Source of the DNA: Octopus vulgaris
Taxonomy: Eukaryota
DNA: 64,000 bases
Assembly: GCA_951406725.2 (NCBI GenBank)
Contig: OX597826.1
Span: forward strand, 54,250,001 to 54,314,000
Reading direction: 5' to 3'
Part shown: positions 12,647 through 26,324 of the stretch, one piece after another
Layout of the letters: each line of letters begins with the position of its first letter
Numbering within the stretch: position 1 is the stretch's first letter
Notes under the pieces: generated by a model
The model's input: only the letters and a program-made list of their open reading frames with translations
What the model was told of the DNA's origin: nothing
Databases searched by the model: none
Made by a program: the position numbers and the translations under genes

Positions 12647-14080
12647 CTAATGGCTACAGTTTGGCATTGATGTGAAGATTGCAGTAGAGGTATAACTAAT
12701 GTAGGGTTGCTTTGTATATGACATTTTTGTTTTTTTTCCTTCAGGAGCATAGATGAATAAGTTGTCTGGATGGTCAACTCTGGAATGACAGATGCAGAAA
12801 TATCCATGTGAAAAGCATGCTGTTCGAAGGCCCAATCTGACAACTTTCGGTGACTGACCTTGTGCTTTGTTAATTGTTGTGGAGAAGATGAGTTTGAGAG
12901 GGAACTGAAGTCTCTTCATAGGGTAGGAGCAGTCTGTTGGGGTTAGAGAAACTTTTGGAATGAAAAAGGTATTGGTTTTGCCATGTCCCATGATAATTTG
13001 GGCTTCAATGATGTGGTCCATCATTTGTTTGATCACAAGGTGAGTTTCATTGCATAGTGTGTGTGTGTGTTTAGATTGCATAGGAGGATGACAGGGCAAC
13101 TGACTTTTAAGTGAAGTTCATGGGGAGGGAATCCTGGGGGGATCTAGGGAGTTGAGAAATTTTGTTTGAAAGTGTGTAACCTGATCAAGATCAGTAACAG
13201 TGTCAACTGACCTGTAACAATGTTCTTGAGAACAGCCCTGTTGCGAAGCCAATCTGGTTTTATGAATTCTGTTGTAAGATTTGGGTAAACGGCAGAACAT
13301 AAGACATCAAGGCTGGAGACAGTGTGGGCCAATGGTGGTAGTGTCAATGTATCCATTGTTGTGGAACGTAATTTGTCCATTGCCTATTTTAAGGAGCATT
13401 TCTGAAAACTGGGTTGTAGGCTGACCAGTTTGTAGGAGTGCTCTCATGTTGATGGTGAGTTGTTTTGATTGGACATGCAACCAAGGGAAGAATTCTTTTA
13501 AGGCAGGCATTAAGTTCATCAGCAGGTTTTCCTTTGGATATAGCAGGTAGAGTTTGTCAAAAATCTCCTGCAGGAAGTAGGGTCGCACCTCCAAGGATGT
13601 TGTTGTTTGATCTAAGGTCTCTCATTGTGTTATTAAGTGCTTGTAAGGAACATTTATGGGACATAGTTACTTCATCCCAAACAATGAGTTTGCACTTTTT
13701 CAAAATTGTCACTTCGTCCAAGGAATGCATTATGTGGCAAGTTGGGTTTTCTTGCCGTGTTACATTGAAAGGCAATTTGAAGGTAGAGTGTGCTGTTCGT
13801 CACCATCAAGAAGAGTCGAGGATATTCCTGAGGAGGCAACAGCAATAGCAAGGTCACCATTATGGCACAACTTCACAAGAATAATCCAAGAGGAATGGTT
13901 TTCCAGTTCCACCAGGTATGTTTAAGAAGATGATTCCACCAGTGAGTGTGTAGATGTTTTTGAGGACGAAATTGTATATGTCAGCTTTATCGGAATTTAG
14001 AAGGGGCTTATTGTCTGCAATGTACTGTTTGAGTTTGTGGATGTTTCTCTGAGAACGAGGTGACTGTGGCAGGCGTTTTC
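12647..14080 (-). pseudogene. Helitron RepHel PIF1-like helicase relic (frameshifted)
   Basis: Motifs spread over several frames: Walker A FLNIPGGTGKT (~13897-13930), LIVWDEVTMSHK, GGATLLPAGDF, QLTINMRA, FLNSLDPP, KRLQFPLKL...TINKAQGQS. Confidence 0.92.
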
Positions 14081-14143
14081 ATTCTTGTCTGGACTGTTGA
14101 GAGAATAACCATCCAATCATTGACCTCCAACTGCCATAACAAA

Positions 14144-14374
14144 GGAGGCAGCTGGTAGAATCGTTAGCACGCCGGGCGAAATGCTTAGCGGCATTTCGTC
14201 TGGCATTACGTTCTGAGTTCAAATTCTGCCGAGGTCGACTTTGCCTTTCATCCTTTCGGGGTCGATAAATTAAGTACCAGTTACGCACTGGGATCGATGT
14301 AATCGACTTAATACCTATGCCTGTCCTTGTTTGTCCTCTCTGTGTTTAGCCCCTTGTGGGTAGTAAAGAAATAT
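14144..14374 (+). mobile_element. tRNA-derived SINE, family B (Deu/Nin-like central domain)
   Basis: Head GGCAGCTGGTAGAATCGTTAGC...GAGTTCAAATTC, body GCCTTTCATCCTTTCGGGGTCGATAAATTAAGTACCAG, tail AAAGAAATA. Many copies in the window. Confidence 0.9.
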
Positions 14375-14406
14375 TATTATTATTATTGGTAAAGCACTAG
14401 ATGCTA

Positions 14407-14616
14407 GTTTGAGCCATTTGACAGTGATCATGCTGGGGCACCACCTTGAAAAGGTTTTATTCGAATGAACTGACCCCAGTACGTTTTGTTTCAAGCCTGG
14501 TACTTACTCTCTCAATCTCTTTTGCCAAACTGCTAAGTTATGCGGAAATACACAAACCAACACTGATTGTCAAGAAGTAGTAGGGGACAAACATATACAC
14601 AAAAACACACACACAC

Positions 14617-14655
<39 letters not shown>

Positions 14656-14770
14656 CGCACACACATGCACACACACACATGATGGGGATCTTTTAATTTC
14701 CATCGACCAAATACACTCACAAGGCTTTGTTGGCACTGAGCTAAAGTAAAGGACATTTGTCCAAGGTGCC
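14407..14770 (-). mobile_element. SINE family A (CORE-like), 5'-truncated
   Basis: Homologous to the full copy at 31322-31740. Confidence 0.8.
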
Positions 14771-14963
14771 ATATATATATATATGCCATATACAGTATTA
14801 TCACAACTGTATGATGAACAGTAACATTAAACTCTGAGTAACAGTTTATGAAGATTTTTCAGCTTTAATAAAATGTATGTATATATATGCATATATATAT
14901 ACATACATACTATATATATATGCATATATATATATATACATACTTTATATATATATATATATT

Positions 14964-15254
14964 ACTCTTTACTCTTTACTCTTTTACTTGTTTCAGTCAT
15001 TTGACTGTGGCTATGCTGGAGTCCCGCCTTTAGTCGAACAAATCGACCCCAGGACTTATTCTTTGTAAGCCTAATACTTATTCTATCTGTCTCTTTTGTC
15101 GAACCGCTAAGTTATGGGGACACAAACACACCAGCATCAGTTTTCAAGCGATGTTGGGGGGACAAACACAGACACACAAACACACACACAAACATATATT
15201 TATATACATATATACGACGGGCTTCTTTCAGTTTCCGTCTACCAAATCCACTCA
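14964..15254 (-). mobile_element. SINE family A, 3' half
   Basis: TACTCTTT tail repeats plus the CAGTCATTTGACTG...GACCCCAGGACTTATTC block shared with the other copies. Confidence 0.85.
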
Positions 15255-15702
15255 ATATTTTTTCACTTATGTTACACTTATATTCTTTTCAAAATTCAGT
15301 GGCACACCTGAGATAAAAATATGACTTAAATCATAAGGAAAAAAAGTTATATTCAGGTTACACTGCGGCACACTTAACATCATCATGTGACACACCAGTG
15401 TGCTGCGACATACCAGTTGTGCAGTATTAATATATAGCATGGTGGTGGTCTGCTTTGGGCAAGTCCTGTGCATGTGAACCTTCACCAACACTCTCCGTAT
15501 GACCTGGGTGGACCCGTACCCTCCCATGAACTGTTAAGTAGATTAGTGGAACTTGAGCTAGCTTGATTAGATTTTGGATGAAACACTGGAGTGTTTCCCT
15601 GTTACCTTCTCCAGGAAGGAGGGATTTGAAGTCAGGATGTAGAGAGCTGGAAGATATGCCATAAAGCATCTCCTACGATGCCCAATTACATCAACACCAA
15701 TG

Positions 15703-15860
15703 TACATTATTTACATTATTTACATTCAACGGATATTTGTCCTCATCTTGTTTGTTGTTAACACAACGTTTCAGCTGATATACCCTCCAGCCTTCTTCAG
15801 GTGTTTTGGGGAAATTTCGAACCTGGGTTCTCATTCCTAAGGTATTTTTCAAAGTTGTTG

Positions 15861-15910
<50 letters not shown>

Positions 15911-16127
15911 GTTATTGTTATTATAATTATTATTATTATTATTATTATTGTTCAGGTCACTGCTTGGAATCAAACTCGGAATCTTGGGGTTAGTAACCCG
16001 TGCTCTTAACCACTATACCATATGCCTGTTAACAATAAACAAGATCAGGACAAATATCCGTTGACTGTAAATAATGTAAATTATGTAAATAATGCACATA
16101 ATTCCTCGTCTCTTAAAAATAGAACTG
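15703..16127 (-). mobile_element. tRNA-headed, hammerhead-bearing short element with an inverted terminal arm
   Basis: Minus strand: A-box-like TGGTATAGTGG and B-box-like GAGTTTGATTCC (16026-15953), (TAA)n linker, HHR at 15805-15760. Arms 15703-15763 and 16027-16096 are inverted copies. Confidence 0.75.
15760..15805 (-). ncRNA. Minimal type I hammerhead ribozyme (dimer-type)
   Basis: Minus strand reads AACAC-CTGAAGA-A-GGCTG-GAGGGTATAT-CAGCT-GAAAC-GTT-GTGTT: 5-bp stem I, canonical core, 5-bp stem II, palindromic AACGTT in place of stem III. Confidence 0.85.
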
Positions 16128-16267
16128 TATGAACACCAATGTCCAACTGCCACTTATATTATCGACCTCAAAAAGGATTAAAAGTAAAGTCGACCTTGGT
16201 GACAGTTGAACTCTTGTATGGCATAACTCTGCCAGCTCACTGTCTTATTAATAAGAGTGGTTGGTGT

Positions 16268-16723
16268 TAGGAAGATCCTATGGGATTTTATGATTCAGTG
16301 CAATCATGACATAGAAAATAGGAAGCCAGACATATTCTTAATTGAGAAAGAAAGCAAACGATGCTGGATCATAGATATAGCATGTCCAGCTGATAACAAG
16401 GTATGCGATAAGGAAGAAAGAAAAGTTGAGATAAATGACAGGTTAGCTTGGGAGATTATGCAGTTGTGGTTGTTGAAATTGTCGGAGCCCTGGGAACAGT
16501 GAGTAAAAATCTTGAGAAGTATATGGAACAAATAGGGACTGCAATAAAGGTGGAGCACTTGCAGAAAACAGCACTGCTTAGAAGCACTTGAATACTCCGG
16601 ATAGTGCTCAAAAAATAAAGGGTGTTACCTTAGTTCACTGGTAGTGAGCAGCTGATACCATAATATATCTCCAGTGTTAGAAGCTGTGCTAAGACAATAA
16701 ATGATAATAATAATAATAATAAT
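16268..16723 (+). mobile_element. 3' fragment of an RLE-type non-LTR retrotransposon (R4/Dong-like) with (TAA)n tail
   Basis: KILWDFMIQC...RKPDIFLI...CWIIDIACPAD...KEERKVE is a PD-(D/E)xK restriction-like endonuclease segment, followed by a short 3' UTR and TAA repeats. Confidence 0.88.
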
Positions 16724-16728
16724 GCTAG

Positions 16729-17275
16729 CAGTACCAGGCAGTGGCTCTCATGGCTTCTGATCTTAACTGATTGGAAGTGTTATCATGTACATTGTTTTGT
16801 CTTGGTATAAAAGATGGGCTACAGCAAATATTCTGCTCAATACCACAGATTTGCTTGTCAGTTGTTTGACCTTAACCAGTTGAGCATGTCCCTTAGTGGC
16901 TGACGATATGTGCATCTCTGATCATGAGCAGAAGTAGTGGGAGAGCATCATAGCCATGTGTTGAGAGGGATTCTTTGGGGTTTGAATAATTCACCTCTGG
17001 AAACATGGGTGGTTCTTTCAACATCCTTAAACAACCCTTATTCAGGGACCTTTTGAGCGGGATGGGCTACTCAACCTGAAGAAAATTCTAACTGGGCCCC
17101 ACCTGCAAGGTCATGTGCTATTTATCTTGATATGAGATCACCATGTCGCGCACATATGGTTGTGATGCATGTGCCTGGTGTACCCTTATCAGACGGGTAG
17201 TCATGATGGGTATATTGGGCTTTGTATATTTTACCCCAGTGTCACTTTGATGGCATGCACTGCTCTCTCACTCCA
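16729..17275. repeat. Unclassified ~550-bp element bounded by (TAA)n tracts
   Basis: Complex sequence with sharp borders in TAA repeats on both sides; no coding motif recognised. Confidence 0.45.
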
Positions 17276-17294
17276 TAATAATAATAATAATAAT

Positions 17295-17490
17295 CCTTTT
17301 TACTAAAGGACTGAAATTTGTGGAGAGAGGACTAGTCGATTACATTGAACCCAGTGTGTAACTGGTACTTAATTCAGCAACCCCAAAAAAGGCAAAGTCA
17401 ACCTTGGTGAAATTTGAACTCAGAGCATAGCGATGGGCAAAATGCTGCTAAGAATTTCATCCAGCGAGCTAACGATTCTGCCAGCTCACA
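17295..17490 (-). mobile_element. SINE family B, diverged
   Basis: Reverse complement of the family B head and body. Confidence 0.75.
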
Positions 17491-17534
17491 CTGTTTTAAT
17501 AATAATAATGATGATGATAATAATAATAATAATC

Positions 17535-17575
<41 letters not shown>

Positions 17576-17583
17576 ACACATAT

Positions 17584-17932
17584 ACTTTTATTCTTTTAGT
17601 TTTTTCAGTCATGCTGGAGCACTGCCTTTAGTCGAGCAAATCAACCCCAGGACTTATTCTTTGTAAGCCTAGTACTTATTCTATCAGTCTCTTTTGTCAA
17701 ACCATTGAGTTACAGGGATGTAAACACACCTACATCAGTTGTCAAGCAATGGTAGGGGGACAAATACAGACACACAAACACACACACATATACAATGGAC
17801 TTCTTTCTGTTTCCATCTACCAAATCCTCTCACAAGGCTTTGGTCACCCCAAGGCTATAGTAGAAGACACTTGCCTAAGGTGCCATGCAGTGGGATGGAA
17901 CCTGGAACCATGTGATTGGTAAGCAAGCAACT
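17584..17932 (-). mobile_element. SINE family A
   Basis: Homologous to 31322-31740. Confidence 0.85.
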
Positions 17933-19379
17933 TATATATAAGTGTGTATATATATATGTGTATATATATATATATATATATGTATTTATATCCTTATATA
18001 TATATATATATATATATATTATGCACACATACACACATAATTTTCAGAACTCTTATTTGCTCGCTCTGAAATTAAAATATCCTATTTATTTATGATTTGA
18101 TTTGTTTTTTGGCAGAATCAGTGGTATCATGTCATGTTGTGTGGTGAGATGTGGTGTTGGGATGTGGAGGTGTTAATTCATTGTTTTAAATATATTACCA
18201 CTTGATTTTTTTTTTTTTTTAATTTCATAAAAATATTTTGTGTTTTATTTTTATTTTACACTGAATTTTTAACTCTCTTTACACTCATCCACCCATAAAC
18301 ACACACATACATATGCATATACACACAAATACATACAGATACACACATACAAACACATATATATATATGTTTACACATACACATATATAGATACACACAT
18401 ACAAACACACACATATATATACATATACACATACATATATATATATCCATAAACACTCAGACATATAGACACATATACAAAGATACATCCAAACACTCAT
18501 ATACACATGTACACCCACCCACAAACATGCAGACACACAAATTCACACAAACACACACAGGCACATGCAAACATATACACATACAAACACACATATACAT
18601 ACATACAAACACATACAAATCCCCACACACATACATATACCTACATATATACAAATACACACAAACTCACACACATTCATACACACACATATACACACAC
18701 ATACAAACACATACAAACACATACAAATACACACATACATATACATACACATATACACATACACTCAAACACACGCACACACACACACACACGCACATAC
18801 ACATATATACACATATACACAGAAATCAAGTAAAAAAAATAGACAAAAGAAACAAAACAAGAAAATTGATAAAGAAAATTATTTAAAACCATCCAGAAGT
18901 AAAACATCAACAACAACAACAACAACATCCACAACAACGACAACAACAACCTGAAAAATATCATGAAATAAAATCACTGTCTGCTGATTTGTATAATAAT
19001 TCCAAATTATTCCTATTTTGAACTTGAAGAAATTTTCGGAAAATAACGTTATATTCCGTTGGCCATTATTATCTATTATGTTCTATTTTTATCATCATTT
19101 ACAGTTGTTTCATTTACTTTATTATTGTTTATCATTATCACAGTCATCGTTGTTGCTGTTATTGTTGTTGTTGTTGTTGTTGGTGCTATTGGTGTTGTTG
19201 TGGTTGTATTATTGCAATTATTGCTGTTATTTTGCTTTTGGTTTTATTTCGTCTAAGACTCGTCTAATTCCTCTGTAATTAAGTGAATCAAAACATAGAC
19301 TTTGTGAAGACATGCGAACACACACATTCACATACATGTGACTATGTGGGTGTCTATTTGTCGGTTTGTCTGTCTTTGA

Positions 19380-19455
<76 letters not shown>

Positions 19456-19596
19456 GTCTATCTATCTGTCTGTTCATCTGTCTGTCTATCTATATGTATA
19501 TGTGTGTGTGTATAGATACATGTAAACGTATACATGCATATATATATACATATATACATATATGGAAAATATACATACATGTATATATATATATAC

Positions 19597-19758
19597 GGCA
19601 GGCTTCTTTCAGTTTCCACCTACCATATCTACTCACAAGGCTTTGGTCAGCCTGAAGCTATAGTAGAAAACACTTGCCCAAGGTGCAACACAGTGTGACT
19701 GAACCTGGAACCATGTGGTTGGTAAGAAAGCTACTTAACCATACAACCACATCTGCAC

Positions 19759-19760
<2 letters not shown>
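19597..19760 (-). mobile_element. SINE family A, 5' half
   Basis: tRNA-like head plus the CTTGGGCAAGTG core on the minus strand. Confidence 0.8.
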
Positions 19761-19851
<91 letters not shown>

Positions 19852-19858
19852 CATATAT

Positions 19859-19899
<41 letters not shown>

Positions 19900-19928
19900 C
19901 ACATAATGATGTATAATATAGCATAGTA

Positions 19929-19960
<32 letters not shown>

Positions 19961-20282
19961 CAAACACACATATATACACATTCAAGTGTGTGTATATATG
20001 TATGTATGTAAATGTGTATCAACAAAAACTATTTGTAAGTATATACACACACAGACCCCCACCTCCAAAGTATTCATATATTGTGATGTCTTTAGCATAT
20101 GTATCTTATACATATATATATATATGTGAATGCCTGCGCTGTCTGCAATCAAATATTCTTACTCTGTATCACATACAAATAAACATTATGCACAAGAAAC
20201 ACTTCCAAAACATTTCCAGTAAAAAGAGGAAGAGAGCAAAAAAGAAAAAAAGAAGATAAATAAGAAAAATAGACAGACAGAC

Positions 20283-20321
<39 letters not shown>

Positions 20322-20322
20322 C

Positions 20323-20365
<43 letters not shown>

Positions 20366-20705
20366 AAGAAAAACGAAATAGAGGAGAATAGGTAGATAAA
20401 TAATAATAAACAGATAGAAAAGTGTTATCAAGACAGTTGAAAAGAGCAAAAAAAAAAGCAAAAAAAGAAGAAAAAAGAATAGAATTTGAAACCAGTTAAT
20501 TTTCTTAGAAAATGATTGTCTGAAAGAATTATCTCTAAGTTTTTCAGTGCCATTAAAATAATAAGTCTGTTGCACCATTCTTTGTGGGAAAGATACAAAA
20601 GTTTATTTCATGTTGTAAGAAAGAAAAGAATAACAAATTAGCAGGACAATGAGAATGGAAGGAATACAACCTCTCTCTCTCTCTCTCTCTGTGTCTGCTT
20701 GTCTA

Positions 20706-20794
<89 letters not shown>

Positions 20795-20947
20795 AATACA
20801 CACATGCACGCATGCATGCATATGTGTATGTACGTAGGAATGTTTGTATGAATGTATGTATGTTTATATACACACATATGTATGTTACATAGATTACGTG
20901 TATGTAAATATATATGTATATAGATATGTATGTATATATGCATATAG

Positions 20948-21062
<115 letters not shown>

Positions 21063-21656
21063 CATATACACATATATAAATGCATATACACACAAATCTA
21101 TATACATTTGTATATATATATATATATACACACACACATACACAAACATACGTATACATGCACATATGCATAAACATACACACACATATGAATGTCTGAG
21201 TGTGTGCCCGCATATATACACACACATGTATATCCATATATACATACACATATACACAAACATAACAAAGGAAAAGTTCTCAAAAGATACATATTAAAAT
21301 GCATTATCCCAAAACTCAGCATCAAGTGTGTGTGTGTACACACACATTTCTATGTATATCTTAGTATGTATGAGTACACACTTATGTACATATATGCGTG
21401 TATATGTGTGTATGCATGTGTGTTATATAATATGCATATATAGATTCATACATATGTAAATACATTTGATATATATATATATATATCATATAATATATAT
21501 GTACAGGTCTACATACATAAATAAGTGTCTATATATGTGTGTGTATATATTACATAAATATACTCTGCTTACCTATCTATCTGTCTATCTATTTATATGT
21601 AGATATGTGTCCATACATTCTCATTACCTCAGTAACTGTATTATTTTATACATTTG

Positions 21657-21722
<66 letters not shown>

Positions 21723-22349
21723 TTTATATGTACATACTTGCAGACATACATACATACATATCTATATATATATATATACATACATATATATATATATGTA
21801 TATACATGCACACACATATATCCATACATACATTCATACATACATATATACATATATAGATACACACACACACACACACACACTCACAAACACACACACT
21901 CACAAACACACACACACACTTATGCCTTAGCCAACACAAGTGTGCATGCAGAATCCACAATCTTTTAAATTTGGTTGCTTAAGAGATAACATGCGATTAG
22001 TCGTAACTTCCGACAAATACAAACCGTTTCGTTGCTGATCTCGTGGCTTTTTAACATTCAAATTTATTCATTACTTTTGTTTTTGTTCTGTCTTATTTCT
22101 GTCTTCATTCTTTTCTCTTTTTCATCATTTTATTTCATAATCAGACAAATATTTTAGTCTTTAATTTGAGAAAAATATACATCAACTTATCAGTAGGTGC
22201 AGAGATTACATGTGGATGGAGACAGACAGACAGAAAGAGAGGCAGACAGACAAACAGACACACACACATACACACATAAAACACAAACGCACACCCATGC
22301 ACACATACACAAACACATACACTAACACATATCACAGAGAAACACACAC

Positions 22350-22390
<41 letters not shown>

Positions 22391-22419
22391 CACACACACA
22401 CACACAAACACACAGACAC

Positions 22420-22572
22420 ACGATGGCCTTCTTTCAGTTTCCATCTACCAAATCCATTTACAATGCTTTGGTCGGTCTGAAATTTTAGTAGAAAACACTT
22501 GCCCAAGTTGCCACGTGGTGGGACTGAACCTGGAACCATGTGGTTGGGAAACAAACTCCTTACCACACAACC
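22420..22572 (-). mobile_element. SINE family A, 5' half
   Basis: Same head and core block. Confidence 0.8.
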
Positions 22573-22799
22573 ATACATACACACACACACTTACTTTCGT
22601 AGTTTAGGAACCACTCCTGTTGTTTGGTTCACATAATTCTGAATCTTTCGTCCTCTCGCCTTTCCATAATTGTTGTAGTTTTTCTTTGTTTTCGTTATTG
22701 TTCCTTTCTGTTATTGGCCCAAGTCTAATGAAACAAATAAAGGATAATTTAAGTTTAACCCCCCTCCCAAACTAAAATTTTACACTTTCATTATATAAG

Positions 22800-24345
22800 A
22801 ATACAAAGGCCCGCTGACCTCACAATGAGACCAATAGTGGCAGGGCCCCAGGCGCCAACACAACAACTAAGCCACTTCATAGATGTACTTCTCAAACCTT
22901 TATGCCCACTAGTACAAAGCTACATAAGGGATGACATAGACTTCCTCACACACATTCTAAATACAGTTCCGGAAAACACCATACTTGCAAGCTTCGATAT
23001 CACAAACTTATGCACGAACATACCACACAACCTGGGTCTGGAAGCGTTAAAACAATGGATAGAAAATACAGGGAACTCATAGATAAACGTTTCAAAACAG
23101 ACTTTATCACCAAAGCCACCCAATTAATACTTGAAGAAAACACATTCTCATTTAACAACAAGACATACCGACAGATAAAGGGCACGGCTATGGGTACAAA
23201 ATCCGCACCTTCATATGCCAACCTGGAGATTGGTTTCCTTGAGAACAAACTATACGATGAAATAGGGAAAGTCTTCGAACACGACTTCAGAGAAGAGATC
23301 AAGAAAAAGTGGAAACGCTACCTCGATGACTCCTTCATGTTTTGGAACAGATCAGAAGATCTACGAACATTCCACAACATCCTCAACACACTGCACCCAT
23401 CTATCAAATTCATGATAGATACCAGCCACAACGAACTTTCCTTCCTAGACATCAACATCAAGATACACAACTCCATCATCACAACAGACATCCACTACAA
23501 AAAAACCGACACACACCAATATTTAAATTTCTACTTCTGCCACCCATCCCACATAAAAAGAAAAATCCCATATAGTATGGCAAGACGCATATGCAGCATA
23601 GTAACTGACTCACAAACACGCCAAATGAGACTAGATGAGCTTAAAAACTCCCTACTAGAACAAAAATACCCACTCAAACTAATAAAAATGGAATCTCAAG
23701 AGCAATGAAACGGACATCACACAACTCAGAACTCCAAAAACGAAAAACAAAGAATACATCATCCCTTTCATAAACACACACAACCCTGGAGTTACCAACA
23801 TGTTTCAAATCATACATTCAAACTTACCAATAGTCCTACAAAGCCCCAAAATGGGAAACATATTAAACAAATATTGCATAAAAAACAGTAAACGCCAAAA
23901 CAAAAACCCGAAGAAACTAACAAGAGCGAAATTCTCATCAGAGATCAAAACCGAATTCTTTGTAAAAGAGTGCGGAGATGGTAGATGTGGAATCTGCAGT
24001 AACCCCACCTACAAATATATAGAGGGAGACAAACAAATAAAATTTAAAAGTGGTCACATATTCAAAGTAAATGCAGACATGAATTGCAAGACGCAGAACG
24101 TAATATACTACATAACCTGTCTCACATGCAAAGAGAATTATATCAGCGAAACTGGAAATTCTTTATGCCAACGAGCCAGAATTCACCGACATGTCCGACA
24201 GGACGAACTGCGAAAGATTCCACTGAGTAAACACCTAGAAGGAAAATTTAAGATCTTTCCCTTCTATAAATGCCCAAGGATTCCCTTCAGGAAAAATATG
24301 GAAAAATACTTCATAATAAAGTTCTCCCCCAAATTGAATGGCTGA
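22800..24345 (+). mobile_element. Penelope-like element (probably Neptune group): 5'-truncated, frameshifted RT + GIY-YIG endonuclease
   Basis: RT motifs RPIVAG, LASFDITNLCTNIP, QIKGTAMGTKSAPSYANL, RYLDDSF, FLDI, YKKTDTHQYL. Cys-rich linker CGDGRCGIC. GIY-YIG segment NVIYYITCLTCKENYISETG, ending PKLN. Split over three ORFs. Confidence 0.95.
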
Positions 24346-24405
24346 AAATATTTCTATAATAATTTGTACTAGATGAAGGACCAATTTTGTAAAGTAAATT
24401 GTATT

Positions 24406-24445
<40 letters not shown>

Positions 24446-25196
24446 CACACAGAGTACTACACATATGTACATATACATAAATAAAAACAATCTTACATCC
24501 AAATTCTCCAACCCATATCAGCAGAGAAATCAAACACTGGATTGAAAGAACTGAATAGCGGTATAGATGCCAACACAATTATTTCTTCTTCCTTCTTTCT
24601 TTCCTTCTCTTTTCCATTGATACTCCTTTCAGATACACAGGCATCTACACACACACTCTCACAAGACAATGATAAAATGAAATCCAGACAATTTTTTGAA
24701 ACATTTTACCTCCCTTGAAGTGACTACCTGGGTTTGCCATTTCTAAAAGACAAGAATCATTTTATATTGAAAGAACTGACCAGCTGCAAAGATGTCAACA
24801 CATTTTTTCTTCTTTCTCTCTTCCTTCTCCCTTTCCTTCTTTTTTCCATTGACACTTCTTTCAGATACAAAAGCACACACACACACACACGCACACACAC
24901 ACACACGCACACACACACACGCACACACACACACGCACGCACACACACACACGCACTCTCTCTCACTTTCTCCCCATTCCTCACCCTCTTGTACTAACTT
25001 ATATCTCTCCCCACCCCTACACACTCAATAATAATATTAAAAGAGACAAAATTCCTGAAAAAGTTCAATCTGACGACTCCACTAGAGCGGACGCAAGCGC
25101 TAATATATGATATATATGATTTATAAAAACATGTGACATTAATTAATATCTGTAAATATAAAACCATCCAGATTTCTGAGTACCCTATTTCTTCTA

Positions 25197-25295
<99 letters not shown>

Positions 25296-25541
25296 TATAT
25301 AAATTTGTCTTCTGTGAGTATGTAATCCCTCATCATATCTCTGGAAATTCATATGTGCACTATGGATTAGGTCACCTTCTCTGTGATGCTATTAAGACTT
25401 TTTTAAAATTCTGTGATAAGACTGTACATCATCTTTAAAGAACTTTAATGAACTTTTGAAATCTGTTTATGTTACTTAATTATCTACATTACTTCACGAG
25501 TATAGCCTCAACCACTAGGATGTCTAGAGAACTCACATGTA

Positions 25542-25632
25542 TTTTAGCTGATGAGTACGGGACACGTTTATATGCTGTAATTTTTGCAACTTTTAATAAA
25601 ACCTGTCCTTGTATGAAACGATTGTACTAAAA
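25542..25632 (+). ncRNA. Type I hammerhead ribozyme motif with a long stem II
   Basis: TTTTAG-CTGATGA-GTACGGGACA...TGTCCTTGTAT-GAAAC-GATT-GTA-CTAAAA: 6-bp stem I, canonical core, GUA cleavage triplet. Confidence 0.8.
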
Positions 25633-25660
25633 ACCTATCCATTCTTGTTGCTTCATTCTC

Positions 25661-25960
<300 letters not shown>

Positions 25961-26018
25961 GATATACATCGGTGTGCGTATGTGTGTGTGTGTGTATGTA
26001 TGTGTGTGTATGTGTGTA

Positions 26019-26039
<21 letters not shown>

Positions 26040-26050
<11 letters not shown>

Positions 26051-26255
26051 TGTTTGTGTTTGTCCCCCATCACCACTTGGATAATGGTGTTGGTTTGTTT
26101 ACGTCTCCGTAAGATAGCGGTTCAGCTAAAAGTGACGGATGTAATAACTACCAAGCTAAAATAAAGTGAGTGCTGGGGTCGATTCATTCAACTAACAGGT
26201 TCTTCAAGGCGGTGCTCCAGCTTGGCCCAAGTCTAATGAAGCAAGTGAAAGGTAA
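26040..26255 (+). mobile_element. SINE family A, 3' half, diverged
   Basis: TTTGTCCCCCATCACC...GGGGTCGATTCATTC...AAGGCGGTGCTCCAGC. Confidence 0.7.
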
Positions 26256-26324
26256 ATTAAGTTCATACCCGCTCCCAAATTAAAACAAACTAAAATTTTA
26301 GACGTTCAGCAACCTAGCATTTGT

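Noticed and set aside
25067-25105. Possible HHR CTGACGA-CTCC...GGAC-GCAA-GCGC-TA
   Set aside because: Needs at least two core/stem substitutions and stem I barely pairs; at best a relic.
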